Below, piece by piece: positions 40,137 through 50,088 of a DNA stretch of 64,000 bases. Source of the stretch: an uncultured Porphyromonas sp. GTDB taxonomy: Bacteria > Bacteroidota > Bacteroidia > Bacteroidales > Porphyromonadaceae. The position numbers and the translations under genes were made by a program. The notes below the pieces were generated by a model. It saw only the letters and a list, made by a program, of their open reading frames with translations. It did no database searches and was not told where the DNA came from. Location: positions 47,955 to 111,954 of the forward strand of contig NZ_UQJH01000003.1 in NCBI RefSeq assembly GCF_900541275.1, given 5' to 3'. Every line of letters starts with the position of its first letter. Within the stretch, counting starts at the first letter, position 1.

Positions 40137-43100
40137 TTACATCCACTTACCGGGCTCCTCCTCTACCTTCTTCTCCACCTCAGAGGGAGCCTCAGCGACA
40201 TCCTCCTCGGGTCTTGAGAAGTCCATGGCGAGATACCTCTGGTACTTGGTGTAGCGGTACTTGGCATCCTCGAGAGCAGCAGCGTAGAGCGCCTCGGCGT
40301 CCTCGGGGAAGAGCTTCTCGAGAGAGCGGTAGCGCACCTCACCCATGATGAAGTCGTGGAAGAGATCCCACTGCGGCTCCTTGGAGTCAAATTGGAAGGG
40401 ATTCTTGCCCTGCTCCTCCAGACGGGGGTCGTAGCGCCAGAGCTGCCAGTAGCCACACTCAACGGCGCGTCTCTCCTCATCTTGGGTCTTACCCATACCG
40501 GCACGGAGACCATGATTGATACAGGGGCAGTAGGCGATGATCAGTGAGGGACCATCAAACTCCTCAGCCTCGCGGATCGCCTTGAGCGCCTGAGCCTGGT
40601 TGGCTCCCATAGCGATCTGAGCGACGTAGACATAGCCGTAGCCGGCAGTCATCATGCCGAGGTCCTTCTTGCGGAAGCGGCGACCATTGGCAGAGAACTG
40701 TGCCACAGCGGCACGCGGGGTAGACTTGGAGCTCTGACCACCGGTATTAGAGTAAACCTCCGTATCGATGACGAGGACATTGACGTCCGGTGCCTGTGCC
40801 AGCACGTGGTCGAGACCACCATAGCCGATATCGTAAGCCCAGCCGTCACCACCGATGATCCAGTGAGACTTCTTGGTGATGTAGTGACGGAGATCGTCGA
40901 TGAGACGACCACCCTCGGTAGCATCATTCTCTACCAAAGCACGGATCTCATCGGAGAGCTCACGGCAAGCCTTGGCATCGTCGTACTTCTCGATCCACTC
41001 CTTGAGGAGCTCCTTAGTCTTCTCCTGACCGATCTCGATCTTACCATCGACGACATCCTGCGCGATGGTGAGGAGGCGCTCGCGGAGCTTCTTATTGGCG
41101 AGGTACATACCATAGCCATACTCTGCATTGTCCTCAAAGAGGGAATTGGCCCACGCAGGACCGTGACCCTTCTCATTGGTCGTGTAGGGCGTCTCAGGAG
41201 CAGATGCGGAGTAGATAGAGGAGCAGCCGGTGGTATTGGCAACAACCTGACGATCACCATAGAGCTGAGAGATCAGCTTGACGTAGGGCGTCTCACCGCA
41301 GCCGGAGCAGGCACCGGAGAACTCAAAGAGAGGCTGAGCGAACTGAGAATTCTTCACGCTCTTGCTGACATCAACGAGGTGAGCCTTATTGGTCACCTTC
41401 TGAGCAGAGTAGAGCCACAGCGGATCCTGCTCCTCCTGGGTGTGAAGCAGCTCCATGGTGAGTGCCTTCTCGCCCTTCTTGCCGGGGCAGACATCAGCAC
41501 AGTTACCGCAGCCGAGACAGTCGAGGACGTCGACCTGGATGCGGAAGCCCATACCCTTAAACTCCTTACCGATAGCAGGCTTGGTCACGTAGCCCTCGGG
41601 AGCATTCTCCATCTCCTTCTCATCGAGGATGAAGGGGCGGATGGTAGCGTGAGGACAGACGTAGGCACACTGGTTACACTGGATACAATTCTCCTCGTGC
41701 CACATCGGGACATTGACAGCGACACCGGGACGCATCACGCGGGTGGTCCCGGGCTGCCAAGTACCGTCCTCAAGGCCGGTGAAGACACTTACAGGCAGGT
41801 CATCACCCTCCTGAGCGTGCATCTTCTTAACGATGGCGGAGACGAAAGGCGTGTCGTACTCGTACTCCTGCTCTGCATCGTCAGCGCAGTCTGCCCACTC
41901 AGCGGGCACGGGTACCTCGATGACATCAGCACCGGCATCGACGGCCTGATAGTTCATATTGACGATCTTCTCGCCCTTGTGTCCGTAGCTCTTGACGATG
42001 AATTTCTTCATCTGCTCGACTGCGAGATCGTAGGGGATGACGTTGGCGATCTTGAAGAATGCGGACTGGAGGATCGTATTAGTGCGGTTGCCGAGACCGA
42101 TCTCAGAGGCGATCTTGGTCGCGTTGATGATGTAGAGGTGGCAACCGTTCTGTGCGAGGTATCTCTTGAGACGACCGGGGAGGTTCTCACCCAGATCCTC
42201 CGGCTCCCAGATGGAGTTGAGGAGGAGTGAGCCACCCTTGCGGAGACCCTTCGTGATATTGAAGCGGTGCAGGTATGCCGGCTCGTGGCAGGCTACGAAG
42301 TGGGGGTGATTGACGTAGTAAGTGGAGCGGATGGGGCTGTCACCGAAGCGGAGGTGAGAGCAGGTAAAGCCTCCGGACTTACGAGAGTCGTACTCAAAGT
42401 AAGCCTGGCAGTACTTGTTTGTATTCTCACCGATGATCTTGACAGAGTTCTTATTGGCACCCACGGTACCATCAGATCCACGACCATAGAACTTCGCCTC
42501 AAAGGCATCCGTAGCCACGTCGAAGTGGTCTGTGAGCGGAAGTGAGGTGAAGGTGACGTCATCCACGATACCGAGGGTGAAGTGATCCTTCGGCATCTTC
42601 ATGCGGAGGTTCTCAAAGACAGCAGCAAACTGCTCCGGGGTCACGTCCTTAGAGGAGAGACCATAGCGACCACCGACAACTATCGGGTGCTCCTCCATAC
42701 CATAGAGAGCGTTCTTTACATCAAGGTAAAGGGGCTCACCAGCGCTACCGGGCTCCTTGGTACGGTCAAGGACAGCAACATGCTTCACGGTCTTGGGCAT
42801 TGCCTCGAGGAAGTGCTCCACGCTGAAGGGGCGGAAGAGGTGGACCTTGATCATACCGACCTTGCGACCCTCGGCATTGAGCTTGTCGATCACCTCCTCA
42901 GCGGTCTCACAGGCAGAGCCCATGCAGATCACGATATCCTCAGCATCCTCAGCGCCGTAGTAGTCGAAGAGGCGGTAGTGACGACCGGTGATCTTGCCCA
43001 GCTCGTCCATATAGTGCTGTACGGTCTCAGGGACGGCGTTGTAGAAGGGATTGGATGCCTCACGCTCCTGGAAGTAGATATCACCATTCTGCGCCGTACC

Positions 43101-43754
43101 ACGGGTCACCGGTGCATCAGGGGTGAGCGCGCGGTGACGGAACTCCTTGATCGCCTCGAGGTCAACGAGGGGACGGAGGTCCTCCATATCGATCTCCTCG
43201 ATCTTCTGGATCTCGTGAGAGGTGCGGAAGCCGTCGAAGAAATGGAGGAAGGGCACACGTCCGTGGATTGCAGAGAGGTGCGCTACAGCGGCCATATCCT
43301 GAGCCTCCTGCACGGAGTTGCTGCAGAGCATAGCGAAGCCGGTAGCACGGCAGGCCATCACGTCCTGGTGATCACCAAAGATCGAGAGGGCATGGCCGGC
43401 GATGGCACGTGCAGCGATGTGGAAGACACCGGGGAGGAGTTCGCCGGAGATCTTGTACATATTAGGGATCATCAGGAGGAGACCCTGAGACGCAGTAAAG
43501 GTGGTCGTCAGTGCACCAGCCTGCAGAGAGCCGTGGACAGTACCGGCGGCACCGGCCTCACTCTGCATCTCCTGGACACGGACGGTGTCGCCGAAGAGGT
43601 TTTTACGCCCATTGGCTGCCCACTTGTCCACAACCTCTGCCATCGTAGAGGAGGGAGTGATGGGGTAGATGGCGGCCAGCTCCGAGAACATATACGCGAT
43701 ATGCGACGTAGCGGTGTTGCCATCACAGGTCATGAATTTCTTTTCTTTACTCAT
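40137..43754 (-). CDS. nifJ: Pyruvate:ferredoxin (flavodoxin) oxidoreductase
   Basis: A 1205-aa protein with a canonical PFOR N-terminus (MTCDGNTATSHIAYMFSELAAIYPITPSS), 4Fe-4S ferredoxin motifs (CIQCNQCAYVCPHA, CLGCGNCADVCP) and a TPP-binding GDG block. Confidence 0.95.
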   Translation of the reverse strand: MSKEKKFMTCDGNTATSHIAYMFSELAAIYPITPSSTMAEVVDKWAANGRKNLFGDTVRVQEMQSEAGAAGTVHGSLQAGALTTTFTASQGLLLMIPNMYKISGELLPGVFHIAARAIAGHALSIFGDHQDVMACRATGFAMLCSNSVQEAQDMAAVAHLSAIHGRVPFLHFFDGFRTSHEIQKIEEIDMEDLRPLVDLEAIKEFRHRALTPDAPVTRGTAQNGDIYFQEREASNPFYNAVPETVQHYMDELGKITGRHYRLFDYYGAEDAEDIVICMGSACETAEEVIDKLNAEGRKVGMIKVHLFRPFSVEHFLEAMPKTVKHVAVLDRTKEPGSAGEPLYLDVKNALYGMEEHPIVVGGRYGLSSKDVTPEQFAAVFENLRMKMPKDHFTLGIVDDVTFTSLPLTDHFDVATDAFEAKFYGRGSDGTVGANKNSVKIIGENTNKYCQAYFEYDSRKSGGFTCSHLRFGDSPIRSTYYVNHPHFVACHEPAYLHRFNITKGLRKGGSLLLNSIWEPEDLGENLPGRLKRYLAQNGCHLYIINATKIASEIGLGNRTNTILQSAFFKIANVIPYDLAVEQMKKFIVKSYGHKGEKIVNMNYQAVDAGADVIEVPVPAEWADCADDAEQEYEYDTPFVSAIVKKMHAQEGDDLPVSVFTGLEDGTWQPGTTRVMRPGVAVNVPMWHEENCIQCNQCAYVCPHATIRPFILDEKEMENAPEGYVTKPAIGKEFKGMGFRIQVDVLDCLGCGNCADVCPGKKGEKALTMELLHTQEEQDPLWLYSAQKVTNKAHLVDVSKSVKNSQFAQPLFEFSGACSGCGETPYVKLISQLYGDRQVVANTTGCSSIYSASAPETPYTTNEKGHGPAWANSLFEDNAEYGYGMYLANKKLRERLLTIAQDVVDGKIEIGQEKTKELLKEWIEKYDDAKACRELSDEIRALVENDATEGGRLIDDLRHYITKKSHWIIGGDGWAYDIGYGGLDHVLAQAPDVNVLVIDTEVYSNTGGQSSKSTPRAAVAQFSANGRRFRKKDLGMMTAGYGYVYVAQIAMGANQAQALKAIREAEEFDGPSLIIAYCPCINHGLRAGMGKTQDEERRAVECGYWQLWRYDPRLEEQGKNPFQFDSKEPQWDLFHDFIMGEVRYRSLEKLFPEDAEALYAAALEDAKYRYTKYQRYLAMDFSRPEEDVAEAPSEVEKKVEEEPGKWM

Positions 43755-43807
43755 ATATAAGTATACTAAAGCGTGAAGTAATTTAGTTCTTCTTTTCTCT
43801 TAAAGGG

Positions 43808-44995
43808 TCAATAGAGGAAGCCGAAGAGCCAGATCGGCAGACAGTTGTCATGCCCCACCAGCAGGTTGCTGAAGGTGTAGGTCACATCGCTCTTGAAGCG
43901 ACTCGTCTTACCATCGACGCAGGCAAAGAGATGCTCTCCGTCGACGATAAAGTCCGCACCGGGCTTCTCGGGGACGTTGACTTGATAGCCGGCGTTCTCA
44001 AATTGTGAGAGGAGGAAAGTCTTGAGTCGCATACAGGTGGACTGCCGATGCGGATACATCACCCCGGCGATATTGGTGTCGTTGGGGAAGATCTGATCGG
44101 GCTTTTTAGGGTACTCGTTGCCCTCCTTATAGATCGTGCGGATCAGCTCCGCATCGTCGAGATACTTGAGGTAATTGGCTATGGTGGCTCGGCTGGCTCC
44201 GATACTGCGAGCAAAGCGGGTCACGTTGGCAGTAGGCTTATCTTGCGTGCAGATCTGGAAGAGCAGCTCCCGCATCTTGGGCAGGTAAGAGATATCGACC
44301 TGATGGACGTAGACCACATCCACCTCCAGCATCATATTGATATTCTTCGTCAGCTTGGCCGAGGAGAGTGGATTGTCCTCCACGGGCGGATAGTAGCCCT
44401 CGGTGAGGTAGAGTTCAAAGTCCTCCTTCGGCTTCACTTGGTTCATCACCTCAGCAGCGATCTCCTCGTGCCGCTCCATCAGGTCCTTGAGCGGGTACGC
44501 CTTGAGGTGGAGACCATACTTTATATTGAGGTACTGGCGGAAGGAGAAGCCCTGGAGACTGATGATCCGCACCCTACCCTGCAGCTCCGGTCCCAGCTCC
44601 TCCTCGGTCACGACGCTCGAGGTACTGAAGATCACCCGCAGGTTGGGCATATCCATATAGATCCGGTAGAGATCGTCTCGCCACTTAGCGTACTTGTAGA
44701 TCTGATCCACAAGGAGAATCTTGCCCCCCTCTTCCTGGTAAAACTTCCTCGCAAAGTCGTAGAGCGAGTGTCCCGCAAAGAAGAGGTAATTCATCGTCAC
44801 ATACTGGATCTGATCGGGCCGTGCGGTGATATTGCGGACAGCATAGGTAAGCAGGAAGATCGTCTTGCCTATGCCGCGCGCACCGCGCACAGCGACCAGA
44901 CGATCCGATGAGCTGATACTACTGATCAGGGACTTGCGGTCGCTCTCCTGATGTGCAGTCAGCATCCGATTGTATATCTTCCTAAAGCTCTGCAT
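43808..44995 (-). CDS. AAA_14/DUF4143 family ATPase
   Basis: P-loop (VRGARGIGKT) and the characteristic C-terminal DUF4143 region. The family is of unknown function and is common in Bacteroidota. Confidence 0.65.
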   Translation of the reverse strand: MQSFRKIYNRMLTAHQESDRKSLISSISSSDRLVAVRGARGIGKTIFLLTYAVRNITARPDQIQYVTMNYLFFAGHSLYDFARKFYQEEGGKILLVDQIYKYAKWRDDLYRIYMDMPNLRVIFSTSSVVTEEELGPELQGRVRIISLQGFSFRQYLNIKYGLHLKAYPLKDLMERHEEIAAEVMNQVKPKEDFELYLTEGYYPPVEDNPLSSAKLTKNINMMLEVDVVYVHQVDISYLPKMRELLFQICTQDKPTANVTRFARSIGASRATIANYLKYLDDAELIRTIYKEGNEYPKKPDQIFPNDTNIAGVMYPHRQSTCMRLKTFLLSQFENAGYQVNVPEKPGADFIVDGEHLFACVDGKTSRFKSDVTYTFSNLLVGHDNCLPIWLFGFLY

Positions 44996-45174
44996 GCTAA
45001 AACGTCGTGACGGCCTCCCCGATTAAGAAGGGATACCTCCCGAAGTCATCCGAAGTGTGATGGTGGCTTCGATGGTTCAAAAGTAGGAAGAATAATCCAA
45101 TTTTGCAAACCTTGTGTTACAATTACAGGAAGAAAGTTTGCTCTTTTGTGCTGGCCACCTATCATAATCATAGG

Positions 45175-45735
45175 CTAACCCGGCGGCTCCTCCCACCAGA
45201 CGCCATCGGCAGAGCGAACGAGGTGAACCACCTCTCCATAGGCGATCTTGCGAGCGAAGGACTCATCGATCGAGTAGCCGAGGAGACGGACGAGGAAGAT
45301 CCGTATCACCCCCGCGTGCGTCACCAGCACCGGTGGGCGATCGTAGTCCGGGAGGTAGTCGATGAAGTCCTGCACCCGTCGGGTCATCCCGGGGTACGAC
45401 TCACCGGCGGGCGGGGCACTATGCTTGTAGTCGGCAAACCACGCCTTGCTCTCCTTTCGCTCATAGACCGACTGCCAGGGGACCAGCTCCCACTTCCCAA
45501 AGGCCAGCTCTGTGAGCCGGGCATCGATGGTGATCGTGTCGGCGAGCTCCTTTGCCAAGAGTCGGCAGCGCTTGAGCGGACTGCTGTAGACACGCCCATA
45601 GCCTGTACCCTCGAGGGTAGCGACCACCGCGGCAGCCTCCTGCGGGAAAGTCTCCGCCACCGAGACATCGGCTCTGCCGTAGCAGATGCCACTCGGTGCG
45701 GCGGTATGCGTATGGCGGACAAGGTAGAGCTCCAT
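45175..45735 (-). CDS. cobC: Histidine-phosphatase family protein, probable alpha-ribazole-5'-phosphate phosphatase CobC
   Basis: MELYLVRHT phosphohistidine motif and its position in the cobUTS cluster. The track start at 45786 is an in-frame extension. Confidence 0.65.
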   Translation of the reverse strand: MELYLVRHTHTAAPSGICYGRADVSVAETFPQEAAAVVATLEGTGYGRVYSSPLKRCRLLAKELADTITIDARLTELAFGKWELVPWQSVYERKESKAWFADYKHSAPPAGESYPGMTRRVQDFIDYLPDYDRPPVLVTHAGVIRIFLVRLLGYSIDESFARKIAYGEVVHLVRSADGVWWEEPPG

Positions 45736-46496
45736 CACGCCAGCCGCTCCACGGCGAGGAGGGCGATGAGACAGCCCATCTCGCACATCTGCTCAAGCGC
45801 CCCGAGCACATCCCCCGTGTAGCCTCCGATACGCGCCTTACTGAGTCGGTGGACAAAGAGGAGCAGCAGGATATAGACCCCCACCACAGCAAGGGCCTGC
45901 ACCCACCCGAGTGCCAGCAACGCCACGAGGCCGGTGGCGATCCCTACCGCAATGGAGCCGTCAGAGGTGACGTAAGACTCTCGGCTGAGCTTACTATTCT
46001 CCCGCCGGGCATAGACAGAGAAGTGCATCATCAGCAGCGGCACCGACCGCGCACTGCAGCACATCACCACCATCGCCGGGATCGGACCGGTGAGTGCAGA
46101 GAGACAGCAGACCTTCAGCAGCAGCTGCATCACCGTGCCGATCATGCCAAAGGCTCCGGCGTGACTGTCCTTCATAATCTCCAGCACCCGCTCTCTGCTC
46201 GTCCCGCCACCAAATCCGTCTAAGAAGTCGGAGAACCCGTCCTCATGGAAGGCTCCCGTCACTATAATCATCGTGGAGAGCGCCAGCACGGACGAGACAG
46301 AAGGAGGTAGCTGGAGGAGGAAAAAGGCTAGCGCATAGACCGCGGCCCCACACCCTCCGATGAGAGCCCCCACGAGGGGCATATAGCGAGCCGCCTCATG
46401 GGCCGTCTCCGCATCGAAGTGTACCTGTCCCACCGGAAGGCGGGTGTAGCACATCACCGCCGCCTTCAGGAGATTCCACTCACTCCTCAGCCCCAT
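45735..46496 (-). CDS. cobS: Adenosylcobinamide-GDP ribazoletransferase (cobalamin synthase) CobS
   Basis: Polytopic membrane protein (CYTRLPVGQ, GAFHEDGFSDFLDGFGGG, RIGGYTGDVLGA). The start is set at MGLRSEW. The track ORF extends it by 98 aa that overlap cobT out of frame. Confidence 0.75.
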   Translation of the reverse strand: MGLRSEWNLLKAAVMCYTRLPVGQVHFDAETAHEAARYMPLVGALIGGCGAAVYALAFFLLQLPPSVSSVLALSTMIIVTGAFHEDGFSDFLDGFGGGTSRERVLEIMKDSHAGAFGMIGTVMQLLLKVCCLSALTGPIPAMVVMCCSARSVPLLMMHFSVYARRENSKLSRESYVTSDGSIAVGIATGLVALLALGWVQALAVVGVYILLLLFVHRLSKARIGGYTGDVLGALEQMCEMGCLIALLAVERLA

Positions 46497-47526
46497 GGCG
46501 ATAGATACTATCGGGATTGTCCTCGTAGCAATTCTCCAGCTGTCGATCGTCAAAGGAGGCCATCTCATTGAGGAAAGCGATGGCCGACTGGATGATCGGA
46601 TAGGCGACCACAGCACCGGTACCCTCACCCAGTCGCATACCGAGCCGGAGGATCGGCTCCCCACCGAGGTAGTCAAGCAGCAGCCGATGCCCACCCTCAT
46701 CGGAGACATGGCCGTAGAGGACGCACTCCTTAGTGCCGGGGGCAAGGGCCTCTGCAGCGATGACGGCCGCCGTAGATATGAAGCCGTCACAGAGGATCAC
46801 CATCCGCAGCCGTGCCGCCTCGATCATCCCACCGACCATCATCGCTATCTCGTACCCACCATAGGTAGCGAGGATCTCGAGTGGCGTCTTAGGGTGATGA
46901 GCCTCCACAGCTCGCTTGAGTGTCTGGTACTTATGCTCTAGAGGGGCATCGTCAAGGCCGGTACCACGCCCCACGAGCCGGTCAAGTGGGATGCCAGAGT
47001 AAAGGTGAGCCAGCACAGCGGAGGAGGAGGTATTGCCGATCCCCATCTCACCGAAGCCGATCACATTGCAGTCCCTATAGTACTCCTCCCGCACGCAGGC
47101 GGCCCCGATCTCGAGCGCTCTCCGGCACTCCTCAATCGTCATCGCCGGCTCGTAGAGGAAATTTCGCGTCCCGTACCCTACCTTTCGCGGCTCCACGCCA
47201 TACTCCTCGGGGAAGTCTCGATCCACGCCGGCATCGATGACGCGGAGGTGGAAGTGGTGCTGCCGACAGAAGACGGTGATCGCCGCATTTCCTCTCTGGA
47301 AGGTGCAGCCACACCTGTAGGTGAAGTCCTTAGGCGAGAGACTCACCCGCTCATCCACTATCCCGTGATCGCCACAGAAGAGGAGGAGTGCCGGTCGTCT
47401 CAGCTCCGGCGTAAGTGTGTCCTGGATCAGGCAGACCTGACGAGCTATCGTCTCAAGCTGTCCAAGCGAACCGATGATCTTCGATCGCGTGTCGATCTTG
47501 TGCTGTATTTCTTCTACTGTTACCAT
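46480..47526 (-). CDS. cobT: Nicotinate-nucleotide--dimethylbenzimidazole phosphoribosyltransferase CobT
   Basis: About 348 aa with a typical CobT N-terminus (IDTRSKIIGSLGQLETIARQV...) and a GTG-rich C-terminus. Confidence 0.85.
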   Translation of the reverse strand: MVTVEEIQHKIDTRSKIIGSLGQLETIARQVCLIQDTLTPELRRPALLLFCGDHGIVDERVSLSPKDFTYRCGCTFQRGNAAITVFCRQHHFHLRVIDAGVDRDFPEEYGVEPRKVGYGTRNFLYEPAMTIEECRRALEIGAACVREEYYRDCNVIGFGEMGIGNTSSSAVLAHLYSGIPLDRLVGRGTGLDDAPLEHKYQTLKRAVEAHHPKTPLEILATYGGYEIAMMVGGMIEAARLRMVILCDGFISTAAVIAAEALAPGTKECVLYGHVSDEGGHRLLLDYLGGEPILRLGMRLGEGTGAVVAYPIIQSAIAFLNEMASFDDRQLENCYEDNPDSIYRHGAEE

Positions 47527-47529
47527 ATA

Positions 47530-48042
47530 CTACTTTAGTCTCATGGCTATACCTGAAACCATAAAGAAAGCCTCATCGGCTGATGCGGCTATATGCTGAT
47601 TGACCCACCCCTGGAGGTCGACAAAGTGACGCGCACTCTCCGAGGAAGCGTGGAGCCCCATACCGAGCTCATTGGAGACGACGATGAGGGTCATCTCCCG
47701 AGCGATGAAGCGATCCCACTCCGCCGTGGCAGCCCTGAGGGTCTCGTCCATATCGTAGCCATGCTCGTCGTAGAGATTAGTGAGCCAGAGGGTGACGCAG
47801 TCCATCAGCACCACCCGCCCCGTGAGGTCGTGGTCGCTCAGGCGAAGCGGCTCCTCCACCGTCGTCCACTGCTCCCCGCGGTCCCGCCGGTGACGCTCCA
47901 CCCGCCGCGCAAAGTCCTCATCCATGATCCGTGCCGTGGCGAGGTAGATCGGACGATCGGATAGAGACTCTGCCAGCGACTGCGCATAATGACTCTTACC
48001 GGAGCGAGCTCCTCCGGTAACATAGATAATCCTATGCTCCAT
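47530..48042 (-). CDS. cobU: Adenosylcobinamide kinase/adenosylcobinamide-phosphate guanylyltransferase CobU
   Basis: MEHRIIYVTGGARSGKSHYA P-loop in a ~170-aa protein. Confidence 0.85.
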   Translation of the reverse strand: MEHRIIYVTGGARSGKSHYAQSLAESLSDRPIYLATARIMDEDFARRVERHRRDRGEQWTTVEEPLRLSDHDLTGRVVLMDCVTLWLTNLYDEHGYDMDETLRAATAEWDRFIAREMTLIVVSNELGMGLHASSESARHFVDLQGWVNQHIAASADEAFFMVSGIAMRLK

Positions 48043-48045
48043 CGG

Positions 48046-48429
48046 TCAGAGGTAGTTCATTATGGCGATGAGGATAAGGAGAAGCGCCATCAGCCCGGTG
48101 ATCAGCCAAAATTGCTTGGAGGCGCTCCGACTCTTCCTACTCTTCCCCACGGTATAGACGCTGTCGGACTGATCCGCTGCCGGCAGATAGCCCGCCTCCC
48201 GGAGGATGCGAAGCGCTCTCTCCTCCTCCATCGCTGGGACCATGAGCGAGACGCCACCGGTCAAGCCCTGCACCCGCCCGAAGACCTGTGTCCCCGTCTC
48301 TCCGGAGATGGACACCATGATATTCTCTGACTGGAGAAGCGTCTCCGCCAACCGTACCTCCTCAAGGTTGAGGGAGTTAAAGACCTCCACAAAGGTCTCC
48401 CTCTGATTATCCCTTTCCATAATAGTCAC
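48046..48429 (-). CDS. DUF2007-like small protein with C-terminal TM helix
   Basis: N-terminal beta-alpha 'putative signal transducing' fold pattern (VEVFNSLNLEEVRLAETLLQSENIMVSIS) and a C-terminal hydrophobic helix. Confidence 0.45.
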   Translation of the reverse strand: MTIMERDNQRETFVEVFNSLNLEEVRLAETLLQSENIMVSISGETGTQVFGRVQGLTGGVSLMVPAMEEERALRILREAGYLPAADQSDSVYTVGKSRKSRSASKQFWLITGLMALLLILIAIMNYL

Positions 48430-48563
48430 TCTGTCTCTTGCGTACGGAGACCATCTCCATACTTTACAAAGGTCGCTTTTTTCCCCCGCCGAGCCAAGTC
48501 TCGTCAGTCGAGCAAAAAGGCACCACCCACGTCAAGGAAAAAAACTACTGCGCCCCTCGTAAG

Positions 48564-49673
48564 TCACTTCTGCCCCATAAAACGATCTTCCCGCAGTTGC
48601 TCCAGCCGCTTGCGGGCATAGAGGACCCTCGGGGAGGGCTTTCGTCCGGGATCACTCCGCAGCTCAAGGTACGTCTCCAGAGCCTTCATCTCGGCAGCGT
48701 CATCTCCTAGCTCCCTATACGTCAGAGACTGCCTGTATGGGATGTCCGGCAGGTCGGGGGCAAAGCGACCGAGGTCTCTGAGATGGCGGAGTGAGGAGCG
48801 ATATGCCCCTCGGAGGAAATCCGTCTCTGCCATCAGGTCGTGGTAGCTCTTGAGTACCTGGATCCGCAGTGGGGTCCGCTCCATGAGGGAGTCCACCTTG
48901 GCGAGGTAGAGTGCTGACTCGGTCGGCTCCTTCTGCTGTACATAAATGGTAGCGAGGTCGATCATCGGGAAGGGATTGGCCTCCTCGGAGATCTTTATTG
49001 CCTCCTTCAGCACCGGGATCGCCTGCGTGAGGGAGTCCTGCTGCATGAGCGACTGACCGTGGTAGTAGACCGTATTCATGCTCCTATCCCCGGCATGGTA
49101 GAGGGTGTCAAAGTCGGCATAGGCCTCATCGTAGTAGCCGGCACCATAACTGACTGCTGCACGACGCTGCCTCACGGGGCGGTTGTCAGGATACTCGTAG
49201 AGGAAATTATTCATCATCGTCAGACCGAGGAAACCGACTCCCTGCTGCTCATAGAGATCGGAGAGGCGGAGGACATTGACGATATTATACGGGGAGAGCT
49301 CCTTGATCTCCTCACGGACAGTGATGGCGGAGTCCGGCTGCTGCATACTCTCGTAGATCCCCGCCAGCAGTTGCTTGTCGATCACGGAGCCCTCCTCCGT
49401 CGCCAGAGGCAGGATCAGTGCCTTCGCCTCCTCGTATCGGGCAAAGGAGGTGAGGACGCGGGTCTCCTGACGGAGCATCACGGGGCTCTTGAGGCTGTCG
49501 GGGCGACTCTCCAGCAGCTCCAGAGCGCGGTAGTACAGCCCCTCATCGATCAGTCGCTGCACCTCCGACTCGGATAAGTCAGTCTGAGCTACCGCCATCA
49601 GCGGCATCGCACACAGAAGCAGCCAAAGCAGTGCCTTGCGATGGATAATGTGCCGGATCACTAAGTTCTCCAT
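48564..49673 (-). CDS. TPR-repeat protein with signal peptide
   Basis: Signal peptide followed by multiple TPR-like helical repeats. Confidence 0.6.
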   Translation of the reverse strand: MENLVIRHIIHRKALLWLLLCAMPLMAVAQTDLSESEVQRLIDEGLYYRALELLESRPDSLKSPVMLRQETRVLTSFARYEEAKALILPLATEEGSVIDKQLLAGIYESMQQPDSAITVREEIKELSPYNIVNVLRLSDLYEQQGVGFLGLTMMNNFLYEYPDNRPVRQRRAAVSYGAGYYDEAYADFDTLYHAGDRSMNTVYYHGQSLMQQDSLTQAIPVLKEAIKISEEANPFPMIDLATIYVQQKEPTESALYLAKVDSLMERTPLRIQVLKSYHDLMAETDFLRGAYRSSLRHLRDLGRFAPDLPDIPYRQSLTYRELGDDAAEMKALETYLELRSDPGRKPSPRVLYARKRLEQLREDRFMGQK

Positions 49674-49759
49674 ACGGTATTCCTTTTATCATAATTCTTC
49701 CCTCGGCACAAGATACAAAAAGAACCGCTACCAAGTCTCTCGACTCGATAGCGGCACGA

Positions 49760-49837
49760 TGGTGGACCCTGTAGGATTCGAACCTACGACCCTCTGTTTG
49801 TAAGACAGACGCTCTAAACCAACTGAGCTAAGGATCC
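49760..49837 (-). tRNA. tRNA-Val (anticodon TAC), CCA encoded
   Basis: Reverse complement GGATCCTTAGCTCAGTTGGTTTAGAGCGTCTGTCTTACAAACAGAGGGTCGTAGGTTCGAATCCTACAGGGTCCACCA folds into a cloverleaf. The anticodon loop is CTTACAA. Confidence 0.9.
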
Positions 49838-49863
49838 GGTAATGGAATATTTCTGAAAAGCAG

Positions 49864-49938
49864 TGGACCCTGTAGGATTCGAACCTACGACCCTCTGTTT
49901 GTAAGACAGACGCTCTAAACCAACTGAGCTAAGGATCC
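49864..49938 (-). tRNA. tRNA-Val (anticodon TAC), second identical copy without encoded CCA
   Basis: A 75-nt body identical to the first copy. The 3' end is followed by CTG rather than CCA. Confidence 0.9.
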
Positions 49939-50088
49939 GAGTGCACCCGACCGGCTCCTCTCCAGCCGAATGCTCCGCAAAGGTACGAAATTTTATGGAT
50001 CTCGCAACCCCCCCACCCCGCTAAGACAAGGAGAGGGGCTGTGTCCCCGGTGCTCCGACGACACAGCCCCTCTTGGACTCAAGTATGC

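Noticed and set aside
48430-48563. Cobalamin riboswitch upstream of the cobU-T-S-C cluster.
   Set aside because: The available gaps (134 bp at 48430-48563 and 86 bp at 49674-49759) are too short. No B12-box-like GCCACTG/AGYCMGGAAG element is visible. A cmscan would still be needed to be certain.
49760-49938. tRNA-associated genomic island or integrated element next to the tandem tRNA-Val genes.
   Set aside because: There are no integrase, transposase, phage genes or direct repeats of the tRNA 3' end nearby. The flanking genes are core-like (cob cluster, susCD).
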